Part shown: in pieces, positions 1 to 10,066 of the stretch | How positions within the stretch are numbered: position 1 is the stretch's first letter | How the letters are laid out: every line of letters begins with the position of its first letter | DNA from: a candidate division FCPU426 bacterium | GTDB lineage: Bacteria > Oederibacteriota > Muellerivitia > Muellerivitales > Muellerivitaceae | Direction: 5' to 3' | NCBI GenBank assembly: GCA_963796105.1 | Contig: CAWCKJ010000003.1 | Coordinates: 112,567-176,566 of the forward strand | DNA: 64,000 bases | Made by a program: the position numbers and the translations under genes | Notes under the pieces: generated by a model | The model's input: the letters and a program-made list of their open reading frames with translations, nothing else | What the model was told of the DNA's origin: nothing | Databases searched by the model: none

Positions 1-397
1 AAAGGGGTTCCCAAAGGATCGCCGTGATGAAGAGGAGATACAAAACCGCCGCGAGGAAAGAGGCGCTGTCCCTTATGGCGACCGGCTCATTTTCGGGATT
101 GAACGGTTTTGCGGGGACTACCCCTGCTTCTGAAAACTCAGGGGAGGTTTTATCAGGCATGCGGAGTCCGAGTAGGGTATACGCGCCCAAGACCAGGATC
201 GTAAGAGCCAATAGAAAATACAGGCGGTTGTGAAGGGGGGAAGCGATGAAATACATGTATTGGGCGGCCAGGAACAAGAAACAAACGCCCCAATAGGGAT
301 ATTGGACAAGGAGAGGGTTTTGGGATCGTGGATTTCCGTTCATTTTTCCGCGGCCCTTACGCTTCGGATGAGAACAACATTGAAAGGAAAATAAATG

Positions 398-826
398 TTA
401 ATTTGAGGGAGTATCTGGATCGCCCGTGTCACCGATATCCTTTCCGTTTTCGTCCAGCATTTTCTCGATTTGATTATATTGATCGATTGAAAAGTCCTGC
501 CTGCCGTTTTCTTTCATCCACTCATATTTTTGTTTCGTGATGCTTTTAATTGCTTCCCTTAGGGTTTGGGTCTGGGCGTCGGTGATCCTGCCGGCCCTCT
601 GGGCATCCGTGATTTTTTGGCGCTGGGCGTCTATCCGTAATGTGACCTTGTAAAGATTGGGCCTGGTGGAGGGGATAACGGGTATTTTCCCTTTTTTCCC
701 ATTGTGTTTAACCGGTGTCGGCGTTTTTTGGGGGGCTTGAGTGGGAACTGGGGTGGGATCGGCTTGAACGAGGCTGGCGCTGAATAGCAGAACTGCCCCG
801 AGTATTGTTATGTATATTGCCTTCAT
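398..826 (-). CDS. hypothetical secreted Pro/Thr-rich protein
   Basis: Listed ORF is 398..856(-). The likely true start is the internal Met (minus-strand ATG at 826), which has a GGAGGA RBS 5 nt upstream. Signal peptide MKAIYITILGAVLLFSASLVQA, then a PT-rich linker. No recognisable family. Confidence 0.5.
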   Translation of the reverse strand: MKAIYITILGAVLLFSASLVQADPTPVPTQAPQKTPTPVKHNGKKGKIPVIPSTRPNLYKVTLRIDAQRQKITDAQRAGRITDAQTQTLREAIKSITKQKYEWMKENGRQDFSIDQYNQIEKMLDENGKDIGDTGDPDTPSN

Positions 827-876
827 TTTTCCTCCAACGAGGTTCTTAAAAACCATTATGGCATATCATCCGGCTT

Positions 877-2994
877 TTGGGCTTTCAAGGGGAAAAAGCC
901 GGAAGCGGGCATGGCTGTTATAATGACATGCGGCTTATGGACAAGGCCACATCAATCGATTTTTCTAAAAGGGAAACTTTGGGAAATCCTTCCGAGAGCG
1001 GAATAAAAACGTCGCAAAGGGACCGGCGTTTGTTTTGGTTCCTGGCCCTCCTTCCGGTTTTCCTGACCTTTTTGGCTTACCTGCCTTCTTTAAGCAACGG
1101 TTTCGTCAATTGGGACGATCCGGACAACATCCAGAACAACCTCCATATCCGATCCCTGGACGCCTCCTCTTTGGGCTGGATGCTCAGTTCCTTCTACCAG
1201 GGCTTTTGGTTTCCCCTAACGCTCTTTTCCCTCGCCCTGGATTACGCCATCGGGAGTTTGAACCCTGGGATTTACCACCTTCACAGCCTTCTCTTGCATT
1301 GCCTGAACACCTTCCTATTCTTTCTTTTTTGCTCGCGGTTTTTGACCTTAGCTCGGAGAGCCTCGGGGCTGGAAAATAGGACCGATGCCGGCGGCTGGGT
1401 GGTGAAATCCTCTTTCCTGGCCGCGCTCTTTTTCGGACTGAGCCCGGTCCATGTGGAAACGGTGGCTTGGGCGACTGACCGAAAGGATGTCCTCTGCGGG
1501 TTTTTCTACTTGGGCTCCCTCCTGGTTTACGTGGATTACGCTTCAAGCTCGAAAAAGTGGAAACTATATGCCTGCCTCGGTCTTTTCCTGCTCGCGCTGA
1601 TGTCCAAACCCATGGCCGTGACCCTTCCCCTTGTTTTTCTTCTGCTGGACGCCTGGCCCTTCAAGAGATTTGGAATAAAGGCTCTCTTGGAGAAATTCCC
1701 ATTTTTGGCTGCTTCGGCGCTGGTCAGTTGGATGGCTCTCTTGGCTGAGAAACAGGTGGGTGCCATGCCGAGCGTCGAGGAAATTCCCTTTATTTACAGA
1801 ATCGCTAATTCGCTTCATTCGATATTTTTTCATTTGTGGAAAATGATCGTCCCAGTGGATTTGACCGCGCTTTATCCCTTGGCGATCCATACGGAAATCG
1901 CTTCATTGAGGAACTTGGGCTTGCTGATCCTGTTTTTGTCGATTTCCTGGCTTTGCTTTTATGGCCGAAAGAAATGGCCCTTTCTGAGTTTGGCATGGCT
2001 GGGCTATTTAGTCATTTTGGCGCCTGTCTCAGGACTTCTTCAAGTGGGCGGTTTAGCCGCCGCGGACCGTTACACTTATTTGACCTGCCTTGGGCCTTTT
2101 ATTCTTTTAGCCTCAGGGATCGGGGCACTTGTTTCAAATCGAAACAAAATCACCGTCGTTGGGACTGTGGTCCTTGTATTTTTGATGGGCATGGGGACGA
2201 TCAGGCAAGCCGGGACATGGAAGGACTCCGTCTCCCTTTGGGAAAATGTCCTGAAAATATATCCCGGCCTTTCCGGTGCGGCCTATTCCAACCTGGCACT
2301 GGCCTATGAAGGCGCGGGCAGGGGAGAAGAGGCCCTGCGCGCGAACGACCAGGCCTTAGCGCTTAATCCCCGCTCCGCCCATTTCCATGATCAAAAGGGT
2401 TTTCTTCTTTTCTACAAGGGGATGACCACTGAAGCCATTCAGGAGTTCAAGACGGCGATATTATTGGATCCCAAACAAGCCACGGCGCACAGGAACCTGG
2501 CGAACGCCGAATTGAAAACCGGGAATCCCCAGGACGCCGAAAAAGATTTTGAGACGGCTGTCGAGATTGATCCTGGATTGGCCGACGCCCATAACTCCTT
2601 GGGCGCCCTATACCTGAGCCGAAATCAAAAAGACCAGGCTCTCTCGGAGCTCAACCAAGCCCAAGCCTTGGAGCCTGAAAACATGAAATACTTGTTGGAC
2701 TTGGCTTATGTTTACCAAAAATACGGGAAGTACGACGAGGCCATTGACCTGTTCAAGCGCGGGATCGAGTTAAATCCGGGGCAGGGGGTTTATTATTTGG
2801 ACCTGGGGATCGCTTATTACTTGAAGGGAATGTACCAGGAGGCTTCCGAGCAATTGAAAAAGGCCTCCGAGCTGGAACCGAAGAACTCGGATATTCTCCG
2901 GAAACTGGGATTGGCCTACGCGCGGTTGGGGAAAAAAGACTTGGCGGTCGAGACCATCCGGAAGGCCATGGCTTTGGAAGCGGCAAAGCCTTAA
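877..2994 (+). CDS. polytopic membrane protein with C-terminal TPR repeats (TMTC / protein O-mannosyltransferase-like GT-C fold)
   Basis: The N-terminal roughly 450 aa have many predicted TM helices and the motif FVNWDDPDNIQNN typical of TMTC/PMT-like proteins. The C-terminal roughly 250 aa are TPR repeats. The start codon is uncertain; internal Mets near 940 are possible. Confidence 0.55.
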   Translation: MGFQGEKAGSGHGCYNDMRLMDKATSIDFSKRETLGNPSESGIKTSQRDRRLFWFLALLPVFLTFLAYLPSLSNGFVNWDDPDNIQNNLHIRSLDASSLGWMLSSFYQGFWFPLTLFSLALDYAIGSLNPGIYHLHSLLLHCLNTFLFFLFCSRFLTLARRASGLENRTDAGGWVVKSSFLAALFFGLSPVHVETVAWATDRKDVLCGFFYLGSLLVYVDYASSSKKWKLYACLGLFLLALMSKPMAVTLPLVFLLLDAWPFKRFGIKALLEKFPFLAASALVSWMALLAEKQVGAMPSVEEIPFIYRIANSLHSIFFHLWKMIVPVDLTALYPLAIHTEIASLRNLGLLILFLSISWLCFYGRKKWPFLSLAWLGYLVILAPVSGLLQVGGLAAADRYTYLTCLGPFILLASGIGALVSNRNKITVVGTVVLVFLMGMGTIRQAGTWKDSVSLWENVLKIYPGLSGAAYSNLALAYEGAGRGEEALRANDQALALNPRSAHFHDQKGFLLFYKGMTTEAIQEFKTAILLDPKQATAHRNLANAELKTGNPQDAEKDFETAVEIDPGLADAHNSLGALYLSRNQKDQALSELNQAQALEPENMKYLLDLAYVYQKYGKYDEAIDLFKRGIELNPGQGVYYLDLGIAYYLKGMYQEASEQLKKASELEPKNSDILRKLGLAYARLGKKDLAVETIRKAMALEAAKP

Positions 2995-3077
2995 GTATGG
3001 AAATTGTTTGCCTCTTTAAACAAACCCTTTAAAACCCTATAATTTCCAGCTCTATTTACATCAAAGACGAAGGAACT

Positions 3078-4193
3078 ATGGTTATCCCGGATAAGCCTAA
3101 AAAAAGAAAATTCTCCAAGATCGGCGGCATCCAATTGAGCCGCAGGACCCAGGATACCCACTTGGCCGGGTCCGAGGTCCTGATCACGCCCAAGCAGGTC
3201 CGGGCCCACCTTCCGGGATCACGCCTGGCCTATGAGACAGTCCTGAGGACCCGCAAAGAGGTGGAGGCCATCCTCGACCGCAGGGAGCGCCGCCTGATCG
3301 TGGTGGTCGGACCCTGTTCCATACACGACCCCCGAGCAGCCTATGAATACGCCTCGAAATTAAAAAGGCTTGCGGGAATGGTCCGCTCCACCCTGCTGGT
3401 GATCATGCGGGTTTATTTCGAGAAACCCCGCACCACCGTGGGCTGGAAGGGGCTCATCAACGACCCCGACATGAACGATTCCTTCCATATCGAGAAGGGG
3501 ATCCTCCTGGCCAGGCGGCTCCTGCTGAGGTTCGCCGACATGGGCCTTCCCACCTCCACCGAGGCTTTGGACCCCATCATTCCCCAGTACCTCGCGGATT
3601 TGATCAGCTGGTCCGCCATCGGGGCCCGCACGACCGAATCGCAGACCCACCGCGAGATGGCCAGCGGCCTTTCCATGGCGGTGGGATTCAAGAACGCCAC
3701 CGACGGGACCATCCAAATCGCGTTGAACGGGATCAAGGCGGCAAGGACATCCCACCATTTCCTGGGCATCAACCAGGACGGCCAGACGGCCGTCTTCAGG
3801 ACCACCGGCAACTCCTACGCCCATATCGTCCTGCGGGGAGGGGACAAACCCAACTACGACCCAGCTTCCATTGCCGCCTGCGAAAAGGCCCTGAGACAGG
3901 CTGGCCTGCCCGCCAATATCGTGGTGGATTGCAGCCATGGGAACTCCAACAAGGACTACAAGCTCCAACCCAAGGCTTTCGACCAGGTCATCCGCCAAAT
4001 CGAGAAGGGGAACGAATCGGTGGTGGGCTTGATGCTCGAGAGCAACCTGCATGAGGGCAGCCAGCCCCTCGTCAGGGACCGCTCCAAGCTGAAATACGGG
4101 GTTTCAATTACCGACGCCTGCATCAATTGGGTCACGACCGAGGAACTGCTCTTGTCGGCCCATAAACGCTTGAGGAAATTGTGGAACCGTTGA
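3078..4193 (+). CDS. aroG: 3-deoxy-7-phosphoheptulonate (DAHP) synthase, class I-alpha
   Basis: Aligns nearly end-to-end with E. coli AroG by eye. Shared motifs include VVGPCSIHD, RVYFEKPRTTVGWKGLINDP, GARTTESQ(T)HRE and FKN(A)TDGT. Which AroF/G/H paralog it is cannot be resolved. Confidence 0.9.
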   Translation: MVIPDKPKKRKFSKIGGIQLSRRTQDTHLAGSEVLITPKQVRAHLPGSRLAYETVLRTRKEVEAILDRRERRLIVVVGPCSIHDPRAAYEYASKLKRLAGMVRSTLLVIMRVYFEKPRTTVGWKGLINDPDMNDSFHIEKGILLARRLLLRFADMGLPTSTEALDPIIPQYLADLISWSAIGARTTESQTHREMASGLSMAVGFKNATDGTIQIALNGIKAARTSHHFLGINQDGQTAVFRTTGNSYAHIVLRGGDKPNYDPASIAACEKALRQAGLPANIVVDCSHGNSNKDYKLQPKAFDQVIRQIEKGNESVVGLMLESNLHEGSQPLVRDRSKLKYGVSITDACINWVTTEELLLSAHKRLRKLWNR

Positions 4194-4232
4194 GCTGAGG
4201 TTCCTGCTGTTATTTTAAACGTGAGGGAAAAA

Positions 4233-4853
4233 ATGGTTTCTTTCCCGTTTGTCCGATGCACCACCGGCTGGTTCGTCGAGCTTTACTTCCGGCCGGAGAC
4301 TCCCGGGGTCGAAAACATCCCGAAAACCGGACCCTGCATCATCGCCTCCAACCACGCCAGCAACCTCGACCCCTATATGCTTGGGTACACGATCAAGGAA
4401 AGGGAGCTGTATTTCATAGCCAAAGAGGAGCTTTTTCATAACCCGATCTTCGGCTGGATCATCCGGATGAACAACGCCTTCCCGGTGAAGAGGGGCCAAA
4501 GGGACCTGGAGGCCATCCGGAAATTCCATGATTTCATCCAAACCGGGAAACCCCTGGCAATTTTCATGGAGGGGACCCGCACCCATGACGGCAACCTCCA
4601 GCCCCCCAAGAAAGGCGCGGGAAGGCTGATTTACGACGCCAAGGCCCCCGTCATTCCCACCTATATCGAGGGGACCTACCAGTCCATGCCCCGGGGCGGT
4701 ATTTTCCCAAAAAGGGCGCGAATTAAAGTCCACTACGGTCCGCCGGTCCCCTTGGATGACCTTTTCGCGGCCCCATCCGAGAAGCCCACTTACATCCGGA
4801 TCGCGGAACGGGTGATGGAGCATATCGCGAAATTAAAACCCAAAACAGCCTGA
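4233..4853 (+). CDS. plsC: 1-acyl-sn-glycerol-3-phosphate acyltransferase
   Basis: Acyltransferase motifs NHASNLDP (HX4D), FPVKRG and FMEGTRT are present. Likely start is the ATG at 4233 with a GAGGGAAAAA RBS, inside the listed ORF 4221..4853. Confidence 0.8.
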   Translation: MVSFPFVRCTTGWFVELYFRPETPGVENIPKTGPCIIASNHASNLDPYMLGYTIKERELYFIAKEELFHNPIFGWIIRMNNAFPVKRGQRDLEAIRKFHDFIQTGKPLAIFMEGTRTHDGNLQPPKKGAGRLIYDAKAPVIPTYIEGTYQSMPRGGIFPKRARIKVHYGPPVPLDDLFAAPSEKPTYIRIAERVMEHIAKLKPKTA

Positions 4854-5174
4854 TTTCATCCTACAGCCGTCGATCCATTCATTCCAATGCCATCCCTATC
4901 ATGAACTCCTGGCGATTTCTTGACCTGATGTGGAGATTTTCCCTCGTGCCTCTAAAACGTTTTGAAAAAATCCCACCTATGCGTCTTTAAAATCAACGCG
5001 TGATTCTAGGAAAAAGCTGATCCTTTCCCTGCGCGAATAAACCCCTTTTGACCGGGAATTTAAAACGATTAAACCCTTTTTAAGGGCTGAAAAGGTACCA
5101 CCAGCCATTCTCCTGGTGTAGAATAACCGCTAAATTTCATCCCCCTGCCGGGGAGCAAGAACGTGAGGAAAACC

Positions 5175-6899
5175 ATGACGGATTCACCCATTCAAGAAAT
5201 GACAATGGAAGAACTTTTAAGCTCCGAACAGCGGGTCGCCCGGGGCCAGGTAGTCACGGGCCAAATCGTGAAAATCGGGGCGGACGATATCGTGGTGGAT
5301 ATCGGCTACAAGACCGAGGGAATCATTCCAAGGGCCGAGTTCCTGGATATCGCCGGGGAGCTCACGGTCAAGGAGGGCGACAAGGTCGAGGTTTCTGTGG
5401 AGCGCATGTCGGATTCCAACGGGAAGATGCGCCTCTCCAAACGCAACGTGGACCGAAGCAGGGTCTGGCAGAACCTGGAGGAGACCAGCCATTCCGGGGG
5501 CGTGATCAAGGGCAGGGTGGTCAAGAAAGTAAACGGCGGATGGCGCGTGGACATCGGTACGGTGGAAGCGTTCCTTCCGGCCAGCCAGGTTACCCTCCAA
5601 AAGGGGCCGGAGGAAGAGGACCACCTGGAGAAAATCTACGAGTTCAAAATCATCAAGCTGGACCGGGCCCGCACCAACGTGGTGCTTTCCCGCAGGCCTG
5701 TCCTGGAAATGGCCAGGGACGAGAACCGGATCAAGAGAATCTCCGAGATCAGTCCCGGGGACATCCTTGAAGGCAAGGTGAAAAACCTGGTCAGCTACGG
5801 CGCTTTCGTTGAGTTGAGCGGGGTGGACGGCCTCCTGCATATCGCGGACCTGGACTGGGGAAGGGTCAACAAGGTCGAGGATTTCGTGAAGCCCAATACC
5901 ACCATCAAGGTCATGGTGCTCCAGGTGGATAAGGAAAAAGGCAAAATTTCCTTGGGTATCAAGCAGATGACGCCTGATCCCTGGACCGACGCAGACAAGA
6001 AATACCGGGAAGGGCAGATCGTGGACGTGGAAGTGACCCACCTGGTGGATTACGGCGTTTTCCTGAAGACGGAGGACAACCTGGAAGGCTTCTGCCACAT
6101 GACGGAGCTGACCTGGTCGAAGAAACCGAAAAAACCCTCGGAGATCCTGAAGCAGGGGGAAAAGCGGCAGGCCCAGATCATCGAGATCGATTTCGAGAAG
6201 CGCAAGATCAACTTCAGCTTCAAACGCCTGGAAAAAAGCCCCTGGGAAAACGTCTCGGCCCATTATCCCATCGGCTCCAATGTCCAGGCCACCGTGACCA
6301 ACACAGCCGAGTTCGGGGTTTTCCTGGAAATCGGGGAGGGCCTGGAGGGCCTCCTGCACCAATCCGACATCACCTGGGACAAGAGGGTCAAGAACCCCCA
6401 AAAGGAATACAAGGCCGGGCAGGTCCTCACGGTTAAAGTCCTGGCCATTGATACCGAGAAAAAGAGGATATCCCTGGGGTTGAGGCAGGTGGAGGGGGAC
6501 CCTTGGGACAAGGTCGAGGAAAAATACCAGCCAGGCCAGGTGCTGACCGGGAAAATAGCCCGAGTCGTGGAGTTTGGGGCTTTTTTGGAGCTGGAAAAGA
6601 ACATCGAGGGGCTGATCCACAAGACCGAGATATCCAACCCGCCTCCCAAAAAGACCGAGGACGCCTTAAAACCGGGGGACGAGGTGACCTTCAAAGTCGT
6701 CTCAGTCGATACAGGAAAGCGGCGGATCGGATTGAGCATCAAGGCCTTGGCGAAAGCGGCCGGTCAAAAGGATGCTAAGGAAGGCGAGGCGCCGAGCGAG
6801 GAGCATGTGATTCACCACAAGACCAACGCCTTCCAGAAGATGCTCAAAAAATTCCTCAAGAAGGTCAAGACTGAGGAAGACGATGACGACGATTATTGA
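5175..6899 (+). CDS. rpsA: 30S ribosomal protein S1
   Basis: Six tandem S1 domains, with the repeated G..V.G.V..I..FGAFV pattern. Acidic C-terminal tail EEDDDDDY. ATG at 5175 is preceded by a GAGGAAAA RBS; the listed ORF starts at the GTG at 5163. Confidence 0.9.
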   Translation: MTDSPIQEMTMEELLSSEQRVARGQVVTGQIVKIGADDIVVDIGYKTEGIIPRAEFLDIAGELTVKEGDKVEVSVERMSDSNGKMRLSKRNVDRSRVWQNLEETSHSGGVIKGRVVKKVNGGWRVDIGTVEAFLPASQVTLQKGPEEEDHLEKIYEFKIIKLDRARTNVVLSRRPVLEMARDENRIKRISEISPGDILEGKVKNLVSYGAFVELSGVDGLLHIADLDWGRVNKVEDFVKPNTTIKVMVLQVDKEKGKISLGIKQMTPDPWTDADKKYREGQIVDVEVTHLVDYGVFLKTEDNLEGFCHMTELTWSKKPKKPSEILKQGEKRQAQIIEIDFEKRKINFSFKRLEKSPWENVSAHYPIGSNVQATVTNTAEFGVFLEIGEGLEGLLHQSDITWDKRVKNPQKEYKAGQVLTVKVLAIDTEKKRISLGLRQVEGDPWDKVEEKYQPGQVLTGKIARVVEFGAFLELEKNIEGLIHKTEISNPPPKKTEDALKPGDEVTFKVVSVDTGKRRIGLSIKALAKAAGQKDAKEGEAPSEEHVIHHKTNAFQKMLKKFLKKVKTEEDDDDDY

Positions 6900-7057
6900 A
6901 TTGGACGCTTGTTAAAAGCCGGCCGGCGCGGGTAACCAGGATGCTTGGTTCGCGAGTGAAAGATCGTTTCGGAGGCTCGTTCTCCGCGCGTCGGCTTGGG
7001 CCGGATGGTTTGACGATGACGGTAGCAGAAATTCCCGCGAAAAGTACCCACCGTTCC

Positions 7058-10000
7058 ATGAAAATGAACAATAGAAAGACTAACGTTGAAAAAAAACGGG
7101 CCGCGATACCGCGCGGGATTTTTTTCTGCGGACTGCTTCTTCCGATTTTAATCCTTTCCATTCCCGTCATCCTCTCGGCGGCCGGCATCGAGGCTCCGAA
7201 GCCATTGGAGGAGGGGAGGGCTCTCCTGAAAGCCAGGGCCTACCACCTAGCCATGGAGCGGTTTCTCCTGGTGGAGGAAAAAAGCGAGAGTTCCCTGGAA
7301 AGGGCCATGGCCCTGAGATTCATCGGGGAAACCGAGTTCCGCGAGAAGGATTACGCGGCCGCTTACCAGGCCTACCAACAGTCCCTCCGCCTGAACCCCC
7401 TTTTTACGGGGGCCTTGGCCCTGGAGTTCAAATCCGCCGTCGCCTTGGTTTACCTCAAGAACTATCCCACGGCCGTCTCGAAGTTCCAGGAACTGGAAAA
7501 GAAGGCCTATGAGCCAAACTCCCTCTCCGACTTGTACTTTTGGGAGGCGGAATGCCATTTTCAGCTGGAGAAATACGACCTGGCGGGCGAGAAATACGGA
7601 AAGATCCTGAAGGACAATCCAGGCTATCAGTATCGGGACCTCGTGCGTTACCTCCAATCCTGGTGTTTCTTCCAGCAGGAGGATTACGACAAGGCCCTGG
7701 AAGGATTCCACCAGACCCTGGGCTCCACGGGCGACAAGTCCCTCAAAAAACTGGCTTTGTTCCAGACCGGGGAAACCCAGTTCCGGATGGGCCGTTACTC
7801 GGACGCGGAGGGAACCTACCAGGAATTCCTGAAGAATTATCCCGATGACTTTCTAACCGTGGCGGCCCTTTACGGCCTGGGCTGGGTCTTCGGCAAGGAG
7901 GAGGACCATGAGCAAGCCGCCAAGAGTTTCGAGAAGGTCATTTCCGAATATCCCGACCACCCCCTGGCGCCCTGGGCCGCCGTAAGGGCGGGAACCGAGC
8001 AGAAGGCCCTGGGCCTTTTGGACAAGGCCCGGAAGGACTACAACTGGGGGCTGGATTCCTCCCCGGACCAATCACCGGCGGACCTGCTGGAATACGGCCT
8101 GGGATGGCTGGATTACGCGGACCAGAAATTCTCCGACGCCGGGAAACATTTTTCCGCGGTTGAGCATTTCCCCCAGGGAAGCGCCCTGAAGTGGGACGCG
8201 GCCTACCTGGAAGCGGGATGCCTTTACCAGGACGGCAAGTTCGACGAGGCCAGGGCGGATTACGGGAAGCTGAGGAGCCAGGCGCCCGCCAACCTCTCCG
8301 CAGACGCCGCCTATTGGGAAGGCTGGTGCGATTACGCCAACGGCAAGTTCGACCTGGCTTTCGAGCAGTTCCGGCGTCTTTCCAAAACGGCACAAGGCGA
8401 GCTCCAGTCCCGGTCCCTCTGGGCGTCCGCGGAAACGGCCTACCAGCTGCAGAAATACGATGAGGCCTCCAAGCTTTACGAGGCGGCCATGGAAAGCCAT
8501 CCCTCGGCCACCATCACCCAGCAGTGCTATTCCGGCGTGGGTTGGAGCCTGTTCCAGGAGGAAAAATTCGAGGAAGCCCTGGCCCAATTCAAGAAAGCCG
8601 CACAGAAAAACCCCGATTCCCCCCTGGCGCTGGAGGCCCAGATCCGCTGCGGGGATTGTTATTACAATCTCCACGATTACGAGAAGGCACGGGAGTCCTA
8701 CCAGAAGATCCTCGACGGGAAGGCCGGACCGCCCTACTCGCTCGACGCGGGGGAACAGCTGGGATGGTGCGATTACCGCCAGGAAAAATACCAGCAGGCC
8801 ATCTATGACTGGGCCCTCCTCCTGAAAAAGAACGGCACCGAGGACCGACAGGCCCGCCTCACCTATTGGACCGCCTGGGCCTACTTCCGGGAAAAGAGGT
8901 TCCAGGACGCCCAGGAGGAATTCCAGAAAGTCGAGGCGGATTTTCCCAAGGACCCCCTCGCCCCCGAGGCCCATCTCCGGTCCGCCGACTGCCTTTTCAA
9001 CCTCAAGAAGTTCAAGGAGGCTAAGGAAGCCTACAAAAGCTTCCTCGCGGCTTATCCGGACCACTCGCTCCTTCCCGACGCGCTCTACGGACTGCAATGG
9101 TCCGCGGATAAGCTGGGCGAAAAGGGAGAGGTCAACGCGGCCGCGGGGGAGTTCCTGGAAAAATTCCCCGCCAGCCGCTACGCCCCGGACGTTCAGTACC
9201 GCCTCGCGGACAGCCTGTTCCACGACCAGAAGTTCCCGCAGGCCGTCGAGGCCTTTAGGACACTCCTGAAAAAGTACCCGGACAGCACAGAGGCGCCCCG
9301 GGCCCTCTTCTGGCTGGGCGAGGCCCTCGTAAAGAACGACCAAAACGCGGAGGCTTTCCCGGTATTCCAGGAACTGCTGAAAAAGTACCCGGAGGACCCC
9401 CTGGCCCTGGAGGGGCAGTTCAGCCTGGGATCGCTGTATTTCGAGTCCAAGAACTACGCCAAGGCCCTGGAAACCTACACCCGTATTTTCCAGAACTACC
9501 CGGACCACCGCCTGGCCCCCCACTCCCTCTTCAACAGCGCGGTCTGCGAGAACAAGATCGGGCACCCGGACAAGGCGCTCCAGGATTTCAAAATGCTCAT
9601 GACGGACTATCCCCTGGATCCCCTGGCCCAGGAGGCCGGCATGAACGCCGGCATCCTGCTGGAGAACCTGGGCAAGCTGGACGAGGCCCTCAAGGCCTAC
9701 GAGCTTTGCATGAAATCGCCCGACGAGAAACTCGCGGTGGAGGCGACCTACTACCACGCCGGGATTTTAAAGAAGCAGAAAAAATACGCCGACGCGGTGC
9801 AGGAATTCAACAAGATCACCCTGGATTACCGCAAGGAGAGCCAGTGGGTGCTGGTTTCCTTCGCCGCCATGGCGGAGTGCTATGAGCAATTGAAGGAGTA
9901 TGACAAGGCCGCGTCCACCTACCGCCGAATCCTGAAATACACCAAGGTCAAGCAGTACACCACGGCAACCCTGAAACGCCTGAAGGCCCTGGAGCCTTTC

Positions 10001-10066
10001 TTGAAAAAGAAACCCAAGAAGGCCGTGAAACACCATGCCGCGGCCCCGGCGGGGGATGCCCCATGA
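7058..10066 (+). CDS. very large periplasmic TPR-repeat protein (YbgF/CpoB-like repeats)
   Basis: The listed ORF 6896.. overlaps rpsA. The plausible start is the Met at 7058 (MKMNNRK..), followed by a hydrophobic signal/anchor FFCGLLLPILILSIPVILSAAG. About 950 aa of TPR-like repeats follow (YbgF-type W..A.Y..G.. pattern). Confidence 0.6.
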   Translation: MKMNNRKTNVEKKRAAIPRGIFFCGLLLPILILSIPVILSAAGIEAPKPLEEGRALLKARAYHLAMERFLLVEEKSESSLERAMALRFIGETEFREKDYAAAYQAYQQSLRLNPLFTGALALEFKSAVALVYLKNYPTAVSKFQELEKKAYEPNSLSDLYFWEAECHFQLEKYDLAGEKYGKILKDNPGYQYRDLVRYLQSWCFFQQEDYDKALEGFHQTLGSTGDKSLKKLALFQTGETQFRMGRYSDAEGTYQEFLKNYPDDFLTVAALYGLGWVFGKEEDHEQAAKSFEKVISEYPDHPLAPWAAVRAGTEQKALGLLDKARKDYNWGLDSSPDQSPADLLEYGLGWLDYADQKFSDAGKHFSAVEHFPQGSALKWDAAYLEAGCLYQDGKFDEARADYGKLRSQAPANLSADAAYWEGWCDYANGKFDLAFEQFRRLSKTAQGELQSRSLWASAETAYQLQKYDEASKLYEAAMESHPSATITQQCYSGVGWSLFQEEKFEEALAQFKKAAQKNPDSPLALEAQIRCGDCYYNLHDYEKARESYQKILDGKAGPPYSLDAGEQLGWCDYRQEKYQQAIYDWALLLKKNGTEDRQARLTYWTAWAYFREKRFQDAQEEFQKVEADFPKDPLAPEAHLRSADCLFNLKKFKEAKEAYKSFLAAYPDHSLLPDALYGLQWSADKLGEKGEVNAAAGEFLEKFPASRYAPDVQYRLADSLFHDQKFPQAVEAFRTLLKKYPDSTEAPRALFWLGEALVKNDQNAEAFPVFQELLKKYPEDPLALEGQFSLGSLYFESKNYAKALETYTRIFQNYPDHRLAPHSLFNSAVCENKIGHPDKALQDFKMLMTDYPLDPLAQEAGMNAGILLENLGKLDEALKAYELCMKSPDEKLAVEATYYHAGILKKQKKYADAVQEFNKITLDYRKESQWVLVSFAAMAECYEQLKEYDKAASTYRRILKYTKVKQYTTATLKRLKALEPFLKKKPKKAVKHHAAAPAGDAP

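Noticed and set aside
24-309. Short overlapping ORFs on both strands at the window start (24-233 +, 118-309 -)
   Set aside because: There are no motifs and the frames conflict. The region may be the edge of a gene truncated by the window boundary, but this cannot be supported from the sequence.
5217-6620. 467-aa antisense ORF inside rpsA. Similar long antisense ORFs occur at 3360-4052, 8072-9757, 12876-13634, 40761-41387 and 41649-42401.
   Set aside because: Each overlaps a strongly supported sense-strand gene (rpsA, aroG, the TPR protein, exbB/exbD, glgB). Long stop-free antisense frames are a normal artefact of GC-rich coding DNA. They have no recognisable motifs and low-complexity Arg/Pro/Gly-rich composition.
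6896-7057. N-terminal 54-codon extension of the giant TPR ORF overlapping the rpsA 3' end
   Set aside because: The extension has no signal peptide and overlaps rpsA. The Met at 7058 is followed by a clear hydrophobic signal/anchor, so the shorter model is preferred.
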